NCBI GenBank assembly: GCA_040954595.2
Contig: CM082577.2
Coordinates: forward strand, 12,247,654 to 12,311,653
Source: Balanoglossus misakiensis
Lineage: Eukaryota > Animalia > Hemichordata
DNA length: 64,000 bases
Reading direction: 5' to 3'
The notes beneath the pieces were generated by a model. That model worked only from the letters and a program-made list of their open reading frames with translations, did no database searches and had not been told where the DNA came from. This document shows positions 13,701 through 27,987 of the stretch, piece after piece (within the stretch, counting starts at the first letter, position 1; each line of letters begins with the position of its first letter). A program made the position numbers and the translations under genes.

Positions 13701-14632
13701 CTATATCGGATGGGGGGGGGCAACGTGTATATTTACTCAGTGGTACTCGTGAACGCGTCAGTCGAAACGTGGTGTTTGCAATAGAAAGACTGACTCCCCG
13801 AAACTCTTTGCCCTTTTTATTTTCTGAATTACCAATCAAGAATTCGATGCCCCAAAAGTTTGTAACGCACCCTATCGTTTTCAACGCACGGACAAACGTG
13901 TACAGGTAATTCGAACTGCGCATCTTTGTCGACCATCAATACGAAACACAACTGCGCCTCGTCTGTAACACACTTCGTGCGTGGCAAAGCGGGACTTTTT
14001 CCTTTAATTAAACCATAAGGCTTGGACTGACTGGTCAGGCCTTAGGGACGTCTCAACACAAACATATTACAGCAATTTTTTGGTAATTGACTGGTCGGCT
14101 TGCTGGACGCAAAAAGTGGACCACGATCAACTCTCTCAAGTGATGTCTTCCGCAACACTGCCCCTATTCATATGTCAAGGCTCTCCTTCACAAAGCCAGG
14201 ACAATACAGCAAGCACTATAAAAGAAAAAGAAACCAACTCTTTATTGATCACCAGCACAACTTCTCATCGATTCAAGTATTCAGTAAACTACCACAATTG
14301 CGGTTCGTTATCGGTCGACTTCATGATGTTGTTGGTTTTAAAAGTATGTTTGTGGAATGATCGTTTCTATTCACGTGCAAATGGGGAGAGGTCGGCCAAA
14401 CCAGCCATAGACAGAAAATGATACCTCATTAACTATCTAAACAGTTCGCGGAGTTTATCAACCGGCTCCGCTATGCACGCACCTCTTTCTGAATAAAGGA
14501 TGTTCTTTCGAGTCCAGTGTGCATCACTCAAAAAGGTGAAGGTATTACACATGTCTCGAGTTAGGATCCTAGATATCAGATGATGTGAATACCGCGCAAT
14601 ATGGCTGTTGGACTCTGGCATGTCGAATTAGT

Positions 14633-14743
14633 CCAATCTGATCAAAATCAGATGTAGGGTACGGCGATGTCTTTTACTTACGCGGTACGATATTCTTATG
14701 CTGTCGCCTAGCCGTACCCTACATCTGATTTCAGTCAGATTGG
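14633..14743. mobile_element. Palindromic MITE of the same family as 8498-8585
   Basis: Arms CCAATCTGATCAAAATCAGATGTAGGGTACGGC / GCCGTACCCTACATCTGATTTCAGTCAGATTGG. Confidence 0.75.
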
Positions 14744-14970
14744 ATTTAGTCTTGGCCACGGCAATCAAGTAATTACCCAAATGAAAACTGATCGATTTTA
14801 TTGATTGAGCGATGACAGATGTAGGCCTATAATTAAGTGACAAACGAATGGCCAAATGATTTCACGGTTGGTTGCGTGGGCCTGCTGAAATGACGGCTTT
14901 CAACCGCCAGATGAGCACATAAACCTTGGAGAATTGCCTGATACATCATCATGGTCTGACGTGTGGACGA

Positions 14971-15221
14971 CATTTTTTGCTTCTTTGAAGTTGGCCCTCC
15001 TTGGCGCCTACGGCAAGACCTATACGCATGCGCAATCCAGTTGAATTACAAATGTCGTTCGAAGTATAAAGGGCTGGTATATGTTTTTGGATACCATTTT
15101 TTGCTTCTTTGAAGTTGGCCCTCCTTGGCGCCTACGGCAAGACCTATACGCATGCGCAATCCAGTTGAATTACAAATGTCGTTCGAAGTATAAAGGGCTG
15201 GTATATGTTTTTGGATACCAT
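14971..15221. repeat. Perfect 124-bp tandem duplication
   Basis: cattttttgcttctttgaagttgg...ttggataccat starts at both 14971 and 15095. Confidence 0.95.
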
Positions 15222-16848
15222 GATTCATTAGAAGCGTACCCTGGACTCCTTTTTCTGAATACAAAATTTTAAAACTAGGCTTTAGTTAAGTATCAGCCGA
15301 ACGTGAATCTGCAGACAAAATGCCCTGTAAAATTCTTCAAATCATTAAGCCGTTCGCATTTTCTTTAAATCAAGGAGAATATATTCAATCGCAAGTAGAC
15401 TTCATCAAAGAATGCAGAATTTGTCTAGTTTACACGCTAATGCGTCAACTACCAGTCATTACGTGAAGTGTACACAGTCTTTAAAGGCCCTCGGCGACGT
15501 TAATTATAGAACGAAAACAAGTAACACCAATCTTGCGTGGATTTATGGCCTAAATCTCACCTCGCGCGTGTTATTTTTGACAAAGTGCAGTTGACCTGTT
15601 TGGGTTCTGTACGGGCATTCACCTGGTGGGGCGAAATGTTCCACACTCGGGGTCATGGCAGAGGTGCTTGTTTGTTACGATTTGGGAGGGGTGTTTAGAG
15701 CATGGAAATATGCAATTTTCCGTAAAATTTGGACGTCCAAGACAACGAAGAAGAAATTTCAGGAGAAGTCAGACCATAATTTCTTTGAAAGCAAGTTAGA
15801 TGGGACTAATATTTTTCAATTTTCATTGCATTTGTACCATTTCATCACCTCCCACGGGAGGTTAGCTAAGAAGATTCCCGAGCCATTATTTGACATTGTA
15901 TTATTCTCCACGAATGTACAATAAAACAGATAGCTTTTCGGTGCGACAGAAAATTCGGTGTCTTTTGGGAAAAATTCTACTTACACAACAACCACGAATG
16001 ATATGCAAATCCCCTTATTTGAGAGAACTCATTTGATGATTTTTAGTTTCATTTCGGCTCAAAGGCTCTATAGGTTTACTAACTTTTAGGTGTGGTTACG
16101 GGGAGTCTCGCCAAATTGTGGTCTCTTGACAACCATTCTATCTTCATTTTACGATATACTGCTGTCAAACTGATGTCACCTAACGATAATGAATGGGGCC
16201 TGCAAAATACAACTGATGTCAAAATCTGTCAAATTTTAAAATACTTAATGGATTTCGTGGCGCCGTATTGTTAATACGCGTTTAATATGATGTAACCAGT
16301 GAAACTTCGTCTGATAATGATCAGAATGCGGATGCCACGCACGTTAATATTGTCTCTTCGGCTTATTATTTAAAGAGAATCGACCATTTTGTGACATGTT
16401 CTAGAGGTTGTTACTACATGGTATTTCAAAGGGCTCTTCACACACCCCGCTCGTATACTATATACAATCGCTACTTCGATGACGTAATTTATGGTGCGTA
16501 CCAGAAATTACGTCCTCGAACAGGGACTCTAATGCTGCCTATACACGAATATGAAATTGAGTTTCGACGACCTACGAGTCGATATTCCTTTTGAACGACA
16601 TCACTGATTTCTCACAATAGACAAAAATCGTGTCTGTCAAAATGACAGTGAATGAATGCCCTTCACAATTGCAAAATCTGACTAGAACCGGGTCCGGGCT
16701 ATTAATTGGTCCGTGTCCATCAAAAGCCTTACTATTTTATCCCTCGATTTTAGGCAGGACCTAGCCTACCCCCTCCAAACCCGGACTGACCTAGTCTGGC
16801 TCTGATCCGACATAGCAGCGTGGCGTGTCCATCGTTTTTGGTCGATTT

Positions 16849-16880
16849 AATGAATGAATGAATGAATGAATGAATGAATG
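16849..16880. repeat. (TGAA)n microsatellite
   Basis: Read directly. Confidence 0.9.
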
Positions 16881-17816
16881 GATAGATTGGTGGATGCGGG
16901 TGGATAGATACAGTAGCATGAAAGCAATGACTGAATTCAAAAATGAAATTTTGTTTGACGGATTGTTTTGTCTTTGGTGCAGACACACAGTGAACATATT
17001 TCATTCTCAAAACCATATCACATCAACATGGCATTTCCTGTTATGGAGTGGTGACGTCACTTCCCCGGCGACGTATGCCCGGTTTTGCAGATCCATCGCT
17101 TAATCTATATTGAAATCGAAATTGCTTAGAACTTGAAGCCAAGGTTATGTGGAAACTCGAAAATGATTTAGCGTCACTCTACACATAAGTTTAATTTACA
17201 TCTACGGATTGATATAATAACTTCATATTCGCAACAGCGATAAGCCACAAGGCATAATATTTGAAATCCAGCTTTCATTGATACCCACCCATTCATTCTC
17301 ATTTGGATGTGTTGTTTTTGGGGTCATAATTAAAATAGAATGGGTGCCTTTTGTCACGTCATGATTCTAAGTGATCAATACAGCCAGCGTGTAATGTGGA
17401 GCATTTCACGTTAAACATTTTATCCTATTTCTCTATTTACTTCATTGCCGTAGGGAAATAAAATTTCAACTAGCACGGCCTTTGGTTTGAATGCGAGCGT
17501 ATTAACAATCGCCAGTTGTCAGTCATATTCAATAGATCGTTTCAATACAAAGATTGTAAGTCTATGGAAATGATCCGTGACTGATGGCGGCCACAGAATC
17601 GATACAGTTACCTCCATTGTTAATCAAATATATATTAGATCTAATTTATCTGAGTGGAATTGATTCCGACCATTAATTTGTCACTTAAATGGAAATCATT
17701 TACGGAGAATGTTATTTTACATTTCTAAAAAAGCTTGAACTCTGCAGAATGCTGGTGTGAATACATTATACATATATGACAAAATAGTAAATGGCGTCAA
17801 TAAACAATACTATTAA

Positions 17817-18168
17817 AGTGACATTAGCAGTAACTTTTGGCTTTATTTTCAGTATTTTTGATTTGTGTACCAAATGGTATTTCTTTTTGTTCTACTCCAA
17901 ACAACATACTAATAGTAATATACATGTACACCCAGTACTCCGCTAGTCAATAAAGCCTGTATGTGTGTAACGACCATTGTTATTGTTGACAAATTAACTC
18001 TAGTCCGGATTTTTATTCATATGTTACACAATAACATATAGAGCTTGTGTTAATAAGCTGGATACTGGTCATTTCATCATACTTCAGGGATTTGAACAAG
18101 AAACTACAGTTGATATTAAACTAATCAAAAATACTGAAAACTTAGCGAAAAGTTACATTTATGAAGCT
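17817..18168. mobile_element. Non-autonomous DNA transposon, Kolobok-like (TTAA flanks, AG...CT ends)
   Basis: TTAA-AGTGACATTAGCAGTAAC ... GTTACATTTATGAAGCT-TTAA imperfect TIRs; second copy near 7304. Confidence 0.55.
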
Positions 18169-18556
18169 TTAATAGTCGGTCATGTGATCAAATGACAGGT
18201 AAGAGCCGGGCAGTTGTTTAGATTAGTCCAGCATTTGCTTGGTGTGACTTTGCGCATGTACGCCTATACAGGGGATTTGTACCGAGCTCTTATTTCCAGG
18301 AGGAGGGTTAAATTTCGGATTTCTTTTCCGAGACAACGGTGAGACAACTCGATAGTATGAGACAACGAAACGTTGAAAGCTAGAGGAATTCATAACATCG
18401 ACAGTGCATGGGAAGGAAATCAATCAGTTGTCAAAAACGATGTTTGCAATTACATTCGCGAAAATACCCTGAAAAGTGTCTTTCATGTCGGTCTCTCTGG
18501 GCCCTGGAGAGAGAGGGGAGGGAACAGAGACAGAGATACAGACAATGAGGCGTGGG

Positions 18557-18771
18557 TAGCTGCAATAATGGTATAGCCTTGGTGGTGGACTGGATGATCG
18601 CTGACGGGTGGCTTGATCGCTGACGCCCCCTCCTCTCCAATCCGCAATGTACTTTTTCGAAGGATAGGGATAGGTAAAGGAAGGCATTGTAGCCTTGATG
18701 GGGCCGTCAGCGATCAAGTCACCCGCCAGCGATCAACCAGTCCACCACCAAGGCTACAATTATTGCAGCTA
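18557..18771. mobile_element. MITE with long TIRs (TAGCTGCAATAAT...) and a perfect 9-bp TSD AGGCGTGGG
   Basis: Inverted arms of ~70 bp; AGGCGTGGG at 18548-18556 and 18772-18780. Confidence 0.85.
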
Positions 18772-19110
18772 AGGCGTGGGCACAGTTTCGTTTGTCATTT
18801 TTCGATGCGATTGAAAAACACTCCGACCTATATTCTTTTTATAAACGATCAAGCCATCCGTCAGCGATAGACTTGACCAGCCCACCACCAAGGCTACAAT
18901 TATTGCAGCTAAGGCGTGGGCACATTATTGTTCGTCATTTTTCGATGCGATTGAAAAACACTTCGACCTATATTCTTTTTATACACGATCAAGACACTCG
19001 TCAGCGATAGACTTGACCAGCCCACCACCAAGGCTACAATTATTGCAGCTAAGGCGTGGGCACAGTTTTGTTTGTCATCGATGCGATTGAAAACACTTCG
19101 ACCTTCATTC
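18736..19110. repeat. ~140-bp tandem repeat (about 2.7 copies) made of the MITE right end, its TSD and the flank
   Basis: accag.ccaccaccaaggctacaattattgcagctaaggcgtgggcac recurs near 18736, 18877 and 19017. Confidence 0.9.
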
Positions 19111-20879
19111 TTATTATTATTAGGCCCAAGCGTATTTTGCCCATTTATTTTCGATATTTACGAGACAACCGTATTCATCGGTCAACTTTTGCGCATGCAG
19201 TCACGGTTGACGATATCCACAGCAACAGTGACTTTGGCAACACTGCATGCCAGCGAAACAAAAGCCCCTTCAACGAGAATAAAGTTCCCCTATTTCATTA
19301 TCTTTTACAAAAACACTGTGAAGTGAGCCATGAGATGTTGAATTCGAACGTTGATTAATTAGAAGGTGAATACGTTAACACTTTATTACCAGCGTTTCGA
19401 CAACCGATTTGACGCCATGCCATTTGTGTACAGTTGTATCTATTAAGAACAATGTGATGACTTTTTATTCAGAGATCAGTGATAAGTGCCAACCCGCGAA
19501 CAAAACATGCTTATGTTTTAATCAGCCGTACATTGTGTCGCGGTCTGTGATGAGTGTACTTGTTCTAAATAGTCGTGAAAAGATTTGCCTAACGGCAAGT
19601 AGCTATCCCACAGTGATTGGCTATTCATTCCCTCGCAATTAGCATATTTTGGCTTTGCTAACAATTGATGCTACTCCCTGGTATGACAGCTTGCTTGCCT
19701 ACAAACACGAGTGATACTGCGACTGCCAACTGGTTTCAAGGTACACAGCCACCTTCACTCTTGCTGGCATGCCACTTTGAATAATATATATATATATGTC
19801 TTGCAAATGCCTAAATACATTAACATTGCCAGCTTTACCCATCCAAAGAGAAAAAAAGCAACTGTTTCACCCATATGCCCAGCAGCCTTTACTTTTTTTC
19901 AGCTTCGCAAAATTGAAACCCGTAACAAGTGTACACAATGCAATAATGAGGGAGAGACAAAAATATGACCCAATGTATAACCCCCCCCCCCTGACCAGTC
20001 TAACAGTACGAATTGAGAAATGATCCAATTCACCCTTTATAGGTTTAAAGCATTACGATAGAGCTTTAAAATGAAACGACAAAATTCAGGGGTACATAAG
20101 AAAGCGAAGCCTTCGAATGAAATGACAGCTTTCACACCGTGCACGAATAGCTTGGACAGGGAAATTATAGCTGCTGGAATGAAATCCGCAAGCTTGGTCA
20201 TCTACACAATGTAAAACAAAAGCTTTGAACATATTTTGATGTTGAGGGCGTAAACCTAGATGGCTGTCAGCAATGACAGAGCGAGTGGTGGTATTTAAGT
20301 ATTTTACCCGTTTTCTCAAACAAAATCGCCAGATTGTGTTGTTTAATTTTCCGCGTTCAGTGAAGTTCAGGTTCATTTTCACTTCTGTAAAGTTTCTGCC
20401 CCCATTTTGCAAAACTTGCAGAGAAATCTCCGTTCCCGTTTTCCAACTGAACAGGTGGTTTTATCGGTATATCTCTTTTTTGGAGGATATAAAATGGCCC
20501 TGAAAAGGGCCGTTTGGTTTGCGGTATTAGATCTCTTTTCTCTTACACCGGATATTGCTCAATATCAAGGTAAAGAGACTATCCCCCTGTTGATGTCATC
20601 CTGGATTAAACACTGGTCCTCAAAAATTGCGTAGATGACTCTTTTTGCGGCTCTAATCATCGCCTCGTGTACGCCTCCAAAGTGTGGCGCAAGTGGTTGA
20701 TTAAATTGCCATTTTATACCTCGGTTGGCGGTTTCTCTCTTGATTTTATCTTGGTTTAGATTTTATCTTGGTCCACCAATTGTTGTAGTTCTTTGTCTGC
20801 TCCTACGAAGTTACCACCATTGTCTGATATAATTAATTTCTTTCGGAACACCTCTTCGATTACAGTCAACTTGAATTTT

Positions 20880-21782
20880 GAAGTCCTAAAGGGGGGGTCA
20901 TCTGGTTTTTTTAAACGTTTAGGAGGGGGTCACATACTTTTGCCACCAAACTTTTGCTTTTGAGTCCACAAAATTGCAGTTTCGCGCTCTTCATTTTGCA
21001 AAATTTTCTAATGTGGGAGGGGGACACCCACCCCCTTCATTCTCTGCCACATTTCATTGTTTGCTGGCTTGTCTAGTGTACCAGGGCTGAGTGCTTGCCA
21101 CCCCAACCCCACCGATGATAGAGAAAAATCGTTTAAACCATTTCGCATAACTGATAGTTTCGCGCTGCATCTTCTATATACTAGAAGTTTTATAAATGAT
21201 GTCATGACGTGGATGACGCCAAATCTTCTAACTTTGAGTGGAGTGGCAAAAGTAAAATTGGTCCTCCCAAACATTGAAATAATTTGCTTTTGAGTTCATT
21301 AATATGCAACTTTGCGCTATTATTTTACACAATTTTCATATGTGGGAGGGGGACACCCCCTCCCACACCCACCCCCTTCATGCGTTTATTCGCTGGTTTG
21401 TCTAGTGTACCGGGGCAGACTTCTTGCCACCCCACCCCCGATGCTTACTTTGAGTGGAGTAAATTTGTCCTCCCTAACATTTAGTTAATTTGCTTTTGAG
21501 TTCATTAAAATGCAACTTTGAGCACCGTATTTTACAAAATTTTCTTATGTCCCCACCCCGCCACTTTTCTTGTTTTACCAATTCTAGCAACTATTGTATT
21601 GACTTGTCATTTTAATTTGTTCATAGATTTCTTTATTGCAACGATATACTATTATTTACTTCAATTACTTTAAGAAATTTATAATTGAGGTGTGAGGAGC
21701 CTCATTCCCTTTATTGCATACAGTGACCCCCCCCCCCTGGATTTTGCCGGCCCCCCGGCCGTAAAAACTGAACGGTCCCTTA
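20880..21782. mobile_element. Partial non-autonomous element, probably PIF/Harbinger-like, with three diverged internal repeats
   Basis: Right end ccccccggccgtaaaaactgaacggtccc-tta (TWA flank); internal repeats tttgcttttgagt...aaattttc...gtgggagggggacacccc near 20953, 21283 and 21489; left end not found. Confidence 0.45.
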
Positions 21783-22012
21783 GTCCAAATCGGGGTGTAA
21801 TGTCCTCCAAAGGCCCATAGCAACGGGCAAAAAGATCCCGGGGACCCATCTTAAGAGGGAAATACGGGGAGATCGCCATTATTTTCGTCAATCAAGTGAG
21901 AGCTACATCTGTTCAGTCCAAGAAGAGGTCGTTCTCCAACTCGTTCTTACAACATGCATGAATATGATAGGCCAGATTACTACAGGTACCGCCAACCCAG
22001 TCGTAGTGTGAG

Positions 22013-22075
22013 GCGACAGCATAAAAAACCACGTCGCCGTTCCCTACATCTGATTTTAATCAGATTGGTGCAGAC
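22013..22075. mobile_element. Half copy of the 8498-8585 palindromic MITE
   Basis: ggcgacagcataaaaaa.cacgtcgccgttccctacatctgattttaatcagattgg is nearly identical to 8528-8585. Confidence 0.8.
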
Positions 22076-25000
22076 CATGTTAAAAATTGTTGAAAATAAC
22101 ACCAAATATTAATTAAAGCTGCAAGCAGCGTTGGCGGGGCACAAGCGGTTCCCATGGTGACCAGCAAATGCCACGGCTGTATCTGCTGGGGATACCAAGA
22201 TATGGGAAAGTAGGTCAAAGGTCACCTGAGGTCACCCCAAATTTGGGCAAAAAATTGGACCCCATTCTAGTCTAGATCCAACAAAAAACGAGACCCCTAG
22301 CCCTATTGGTTCGCCTGCAATTAGGTATGCACATAATTAATGAGGTCTTGTGTAAGACTCCATTATGTGCTCAATACCCATAAAAGCCAGGGCTCTAACT
22401 GCTGTGGAGGCTGAGATATGGGAAAGTAGATCAAAGGTCACCCAAGGTCACCCAAAATTAGGGCATAAAATTTTGACCCCAGACTGTGCCATGTCCAACC
22501 AATACCAGACCTCTAGCCCTATTGGGTAGCATGGAATTAGATATGCAGAAAAATGATGTTTCAGAAATAGGTCAAAGGTCATTGCCAAAATTACCAAAAT
22601 ATTTGTGTCATGTCCTGGCAGCATTGGTACCCATGTCCACAAAATTCATGACTGTGGTGCTTTTACAAGAGGAGGTATGGGGAATATGCATATATAATTA
22701 GTTGTTTTAAAACTGGGTCAAAGGTCATGTGAAAATTGCCCCGAAAAATTGTGACAACTTCCGGTCATATGATGACTCATATCCAAAAAAAGAATTTCCG
22801 TGCTGTCAATATTTTGGCTACAAAAAGGAATTTATATTTTTCAATGGTTTTCCGAAAATCCAACATGGCCGCCATAATGATCGACCAATCACAGTGCGCT
22901 TCGCAAACTTGATAGACATAGGTTAGGTGACCACATGCCCCAAATCCCGTGACTCGGCAATCGCTGGTTCTGGAGAAGAAGATTTTTAAAGTTTTAAGTA
23001 CTTTTTCAGAAAAACAATTGTAGCAAAAAAACTTTATGTGTGACGTCATGATTTCAATGGGGTAAAATGATGGACAGAAGGTAGGCTACCTGCACACCAA
23101 ATTTGAACTCGATCGGCCCAGTAGTTTTTGAGAAGGACTCGTTTAACGATTTTCAGGAAATCCAATATGGCCGCCAGGTCACGTGACTAATTAAATATTC
23201 ACGAGCCACTGCACGTCTACTCATTGGCCCCTATCACCCTACCAAGTTTCAGCCCCCTAGGTGCTGTGGTTTTCCAGATCTACCTGGCCGAATTTCTCGG
23301 AAGAAGAAGAATAATAATAATAATAATTAAAGCTGCAAGCAGCGTTGGCGGGGCACAAGCGGTTCCCATGGTGACCAGCAAATGCCACGGCTGTATCTGC
23401 TGGGGATACCAAGATATGGGAAAGTAGGTCAAAGGTCACCTGAGGTCACCCCAAATTTGGGCAAAAAAATTGGACCCCATACTAGTCTAGATCCAACAAA
23501 AAACCAGACCCCTAGCCCTATTGGTTCGCCTGCAATTAGGTATGCACATAATTAATGAGGTCTTGTGTAAGACTCCATTATGTGCTCAATCCCCATAAAA
23601 GCCAGGGCTCTAACTGCTCTGGATGCTGAGATATGGGAAAGTAGATCAAAGGTCACCCAAGGTCACCCAAAATTTGGGCATAAAATTTTGACCCCAGAGT
23701 GGGCCATGTCCAACCAATACCAGACCTCTAGCCCTATTGGGTAGCATGGAATTAGATATGCAGAAAAATGATGTTTCAGAAATAGGTCAAAGGTCATTGT
23801 CAAAATTACCAAAATATTTGTGTCATGTCCTGGCAGCATGGGTACCCATGTCCACAAAATTCATGACTGTGGTGCTTTGACAAGAGGAGGTATGGGGAAT
23901 ATGCATATATAATTAGTTGTTTTAAAACTGGGTCAAAGGTCATGTGAAAATTGCCCTGAAAAATTGTGACAACTTCCGGTCATATGATGACTCATATCCA
24001 AAAAAATAATTTCCATGCTGTCAACATTTTGGCTACAAAACGGAATTATCACTTTTCAATGGTTTTCCGAAAATCCAACATGGCCGCCATAATGATCGAC
24101 CAATCACAGTGCGCTTCGCAAACTTGATAGACATAGGTTAGGTGACCACATATCCCAAATCCCGAGACTCGGTAACCGCTGGTTCTGGAGAAGAAGATTT
24201 TTAAAGTTTTAAGTAGTTTTTCAGAAAAACAATTGTAGCAAAAAAACTTTATGTATGACGTCATGATTTCAATGGGGTAAAATGATGGACAGAAGGTAGG
24301 CTACCTGCACACCAAATTTGAACTCGATCAGCCCAGTGGTTTTTGAGAAGGACTCATTTAACGATTTTCAGGAAATCCAATATGGCCGCCAGGTCACGTG
24401 ACTAATTAAATATTCACGGGCCACTGCACGTCTACTCATTGGCCCCTATCACCCTACCAAGTTTCAGCCCCCTAGGTGCAGCGGTTTTCCAGATCTACCT
24501 GGCCGAATTTCTCGGAAGAAGAAGAATAATAATAATTAAAGCTGCGAGCAGCATTGTCGGGCCCAAGCGCTGATCTTGAATTATATATGCACAGTATGAA
24601 TGAGAAGAAACAGAATTTTCTATCGGATGTATTATCTCATGACATAACAAGGATGTGTGTATTTTTGCTGCTGAAATAGGGTGAAGTAGGTCAAAGGTCA
24701 CCTGAGGTCACCCAACATTTGGGCAAAAAATTTTGACCCATGCTGGGCCATGTCCAACAAAAACCAAAACTCTAGCTCTATTGGTTCGCGTGTAATTAGG
24801 TATGTGCATATTTAATGAGGTCAGCAGGTGTCACAGGTGACCCAAAAATTTGGCTTTACATTTAGGTCCCATCCTGCCAAATGCCAAGGCTGTATCTGCT
24901 CTGGATGTTGAGATATGCGAAAGTAGGTCAAAGGTCACCAGAGGTCACCCAACATTTGGGCAAACAATTTTGATCCCATACTGGTCCATGACCAACAAAA

Positions 25001-27987
25001 ACCAAACCTCTAGCTCTATTGGTTCGCCTGTAATTAGCTATGCACATAATTAATGAGGTCAACAGAGGTCAAAGGGGTCATGAAAAGTAGCAAAAATATT
25101 TGGATCACACACTAATCCACATGCATCAAAAACCAAACATCTAGCCCTATAGGTTAGCCTGGAAATAGATATGCAGAAATAACGTGTGAAAAGTAGGTCA
25201 AAGGTCATGTGAAAAATCGCCAAAAATTTGTAACATATTTTAGTCATATGACGATTGATATCCATGAAAAGAATTTGTATGCTATCAATTCTTAGACTAG
25301 GAAAAGGAATTTCAATTTTTCACTGCTTTTTACAAAATCCAATATGGCCGCCATAATCTTCGACCAATCACAATGCTCTTTGCAAACTTGATAGACATCA
25401 GTGTTGTGACCATACTCCCCGAATCTTGCGACTCAGTTATCGCCCGTTCTGGAGAAGAAGATTTTGGGAGTTTTACTATGGTTTTTCGAAAATCCAATAT
25501 GGCCGCCATAATCTTCGACCAATCACAATGATCTTCGCAAACTTGATAGACCTCAGTTAGGAGACCCCATACCCCAAACCGCGTGACTCGGTTATCGCCG
25601 GTTCTGGAGAAGAAGATTTTTGAAATTTTGACCAGATTTCAGAAAAACAACTGTAGCAAAAAAACTGCAACATTGACAGCAAAATATCCAATTACAAAAA
25701 TGATGGGCAGAAGGTACACTACCAGCACGCCAAATTTGAAGTCGATCTGACTTGTAGTTTCTGAGATCTGAGATTTGCATTTTTTCAGAAAATCCAATAT
25801 GGCCGCCAGGTCACGTGACTAATTAAGTATTCACAAGTCACTGCACATCTACTCATAGACCTTGACCACTGTAGCAAGTTTGAGCAGTGTACCTGCAGTA
25901 GTTTCAGAGATTTAGTTGGCCGAAGAATTGACACAAGAAAAAAGAAAGAAAGAAAGAAAGAAAGAAAAACCCCAACGAAACCAATAGGGCCCAAGCGCAA
26001 GCAAGCGCTTGGGCCCTAATTAAAGCTGCAAGCAGCATTGTCCGGGCCCAAGCTCTATTATCTGATCTGATTATTAGATATGCACATAATTAATGAGTAG
26101 AAACATAATGCTGTGTTTTATCCCATGAAATATCAAGGTTATATCTAGGTTTGGTGTTGACATAGTATTAAGTAGGTCAAAGGTCACCCAGAGGTCACCA
26201 ATTATTTGGGCAGAATATTTTGACCCATAGTGGTCTATGTCCAACAATAACCAGATCTCTAGCCCTTTTGGTTAGCCCGGAATTAGGTATGCACATAAAT
26301 AATGAGTAAAGCAGGTGTCACAGGTGACACAAAACTTTGGCTTTTCATTATGGCCCCATACCTCCAAATGCCAACGCTGTACCTGCTTTGGATGCCGAGA
26401 TATGCAAAAGTAGGTCAAAGGTCATCTGAGGTCACCCAAAATTTTGGCAGAAAATTTTGACCCATAGTGGTCCATGTCCAACAAAAACCAGACCTCTAGC
26501 CATTTTGGTTAGCCCGGAATTAGGTATGCACATAAATAATGAGTAAAGCAGGTGTCACAGGTGACCCAAAACTTTGGCTTTTCATTATGGCCCCATACCT
26601 CCAAACGCCAAGGCTGTATCTGGTGTGGATGTCGAGATATGCAAAAGTAGGTCAAAGGTCACCCGAGGTCACCCAACATTTGGGCAAAATATTTTGACCC
26701 CATACTGGTCCATGTATAACAAAAACAAAACCTCTAGGTCTATTGGTTCATCTGTAATTAGGTATATGCATATTTAATGAGGTCAGCAGAGGTCAAAGGG
26801 GTCATGAAAAGTAGCAAAATTTTTTGATCACATACAAATCCACATACATCAAAAACCAAACTTATAGCCCTATTGGTTAGCCTGGAATTAGATATGCAGA
26901 AAAATGATGCGTCAAAAGTAGGTCAAAGGTCATTGCCAAAATTACCAAAATATTTATAGGTTATTCTTGTCATATGATGATTCATATCCATAAAAAGAAT
27001 TTCTGTGCTATCAATTTTTGGGCTAGAAAAGGAATTTTTACTTTTTAATCGTTTTTCACAAAATCCAATATGGCCGCCATAATCTTCGACCAATCACATT
27101 CCCCTTCGCAAACTTGATAGACATCTGTTTAATGACCACACACACCAAATCTTGTGACTCGGTTATTGCCCGTTGTGGAGAAGAAGATTTTTGAAGTTTT
27201 ACTATGGTTTTTCGAAAATCCAATATGGCCGCCATAATCTTCGACCAATCACAATGATCTTCGCAAACTTGATAGACATCAGTTAGGTGACCACATACCC
27301 CAAACGGCGTGACTCGGTTATCGCCGGTTCTGGAGAAGAAGATTTTTGAAATTTTGACCAGATTTCAGAAAAACAACTGTCGCAAAAAAACTGCAACATT
27401 GACAGCAAAATATCCAATTACAAAAATGATGGGCAGAGGGTATACTACCAGCACACCAAATATGAAGTCGATCTGACTTGTAGTTTCTGAGATCTGAGAT
27501 TTGCATTTTTTCAGAAAATCCAATATGGCCGCCATGTCACGTGACTAATTAAGTATTCACAAGTCACTGCACATCTACTCATTGACCTTGACCACTGTAG
27601 CAAGTTTGAGAACTGTACCTGCAGCGGTGTCTGAGATCTAGAGCGCGAAAGAAGTGAACCAAGAATAAAGAAAGAAAGAAAGAAAGAAAGAAAAACCCCA
27701 ACGAAACCAATACGGGCCCAAGCCTGGCTTGGCTTGGGCCCGTAATTAAAGCTGCAAGCAGCATTGTCCGGGCCCAAGCTCTATTATCTGATCAGATTAT
27801 TAGATATGCACATAATCAATGAGTAGAAACATAATGCTGTGTTTTATCCCATGAAATATCAAGGTTATATCTATGTTTGGTGTTGATATAGTGTTAAGTA
27901 GGTCAAAGGTCACCCAGAGGTCACCCACAATTTGGGCAGAAAATTTTGATCCATAGTGGTCCATGTCCAACAAAAACCAGACCTCTA

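Noticed and set aside
13166-13923. Possible THAP or transposase remnant among overlapping short ORFs
   Set aside because: No C2CH signature or DDE motif, and no consistent frame or splice structure.
19108-19135. tattattattaggcccaagcg resembling a HINE 5' end
   Set aside because: No second hairpin arm or element body follows.
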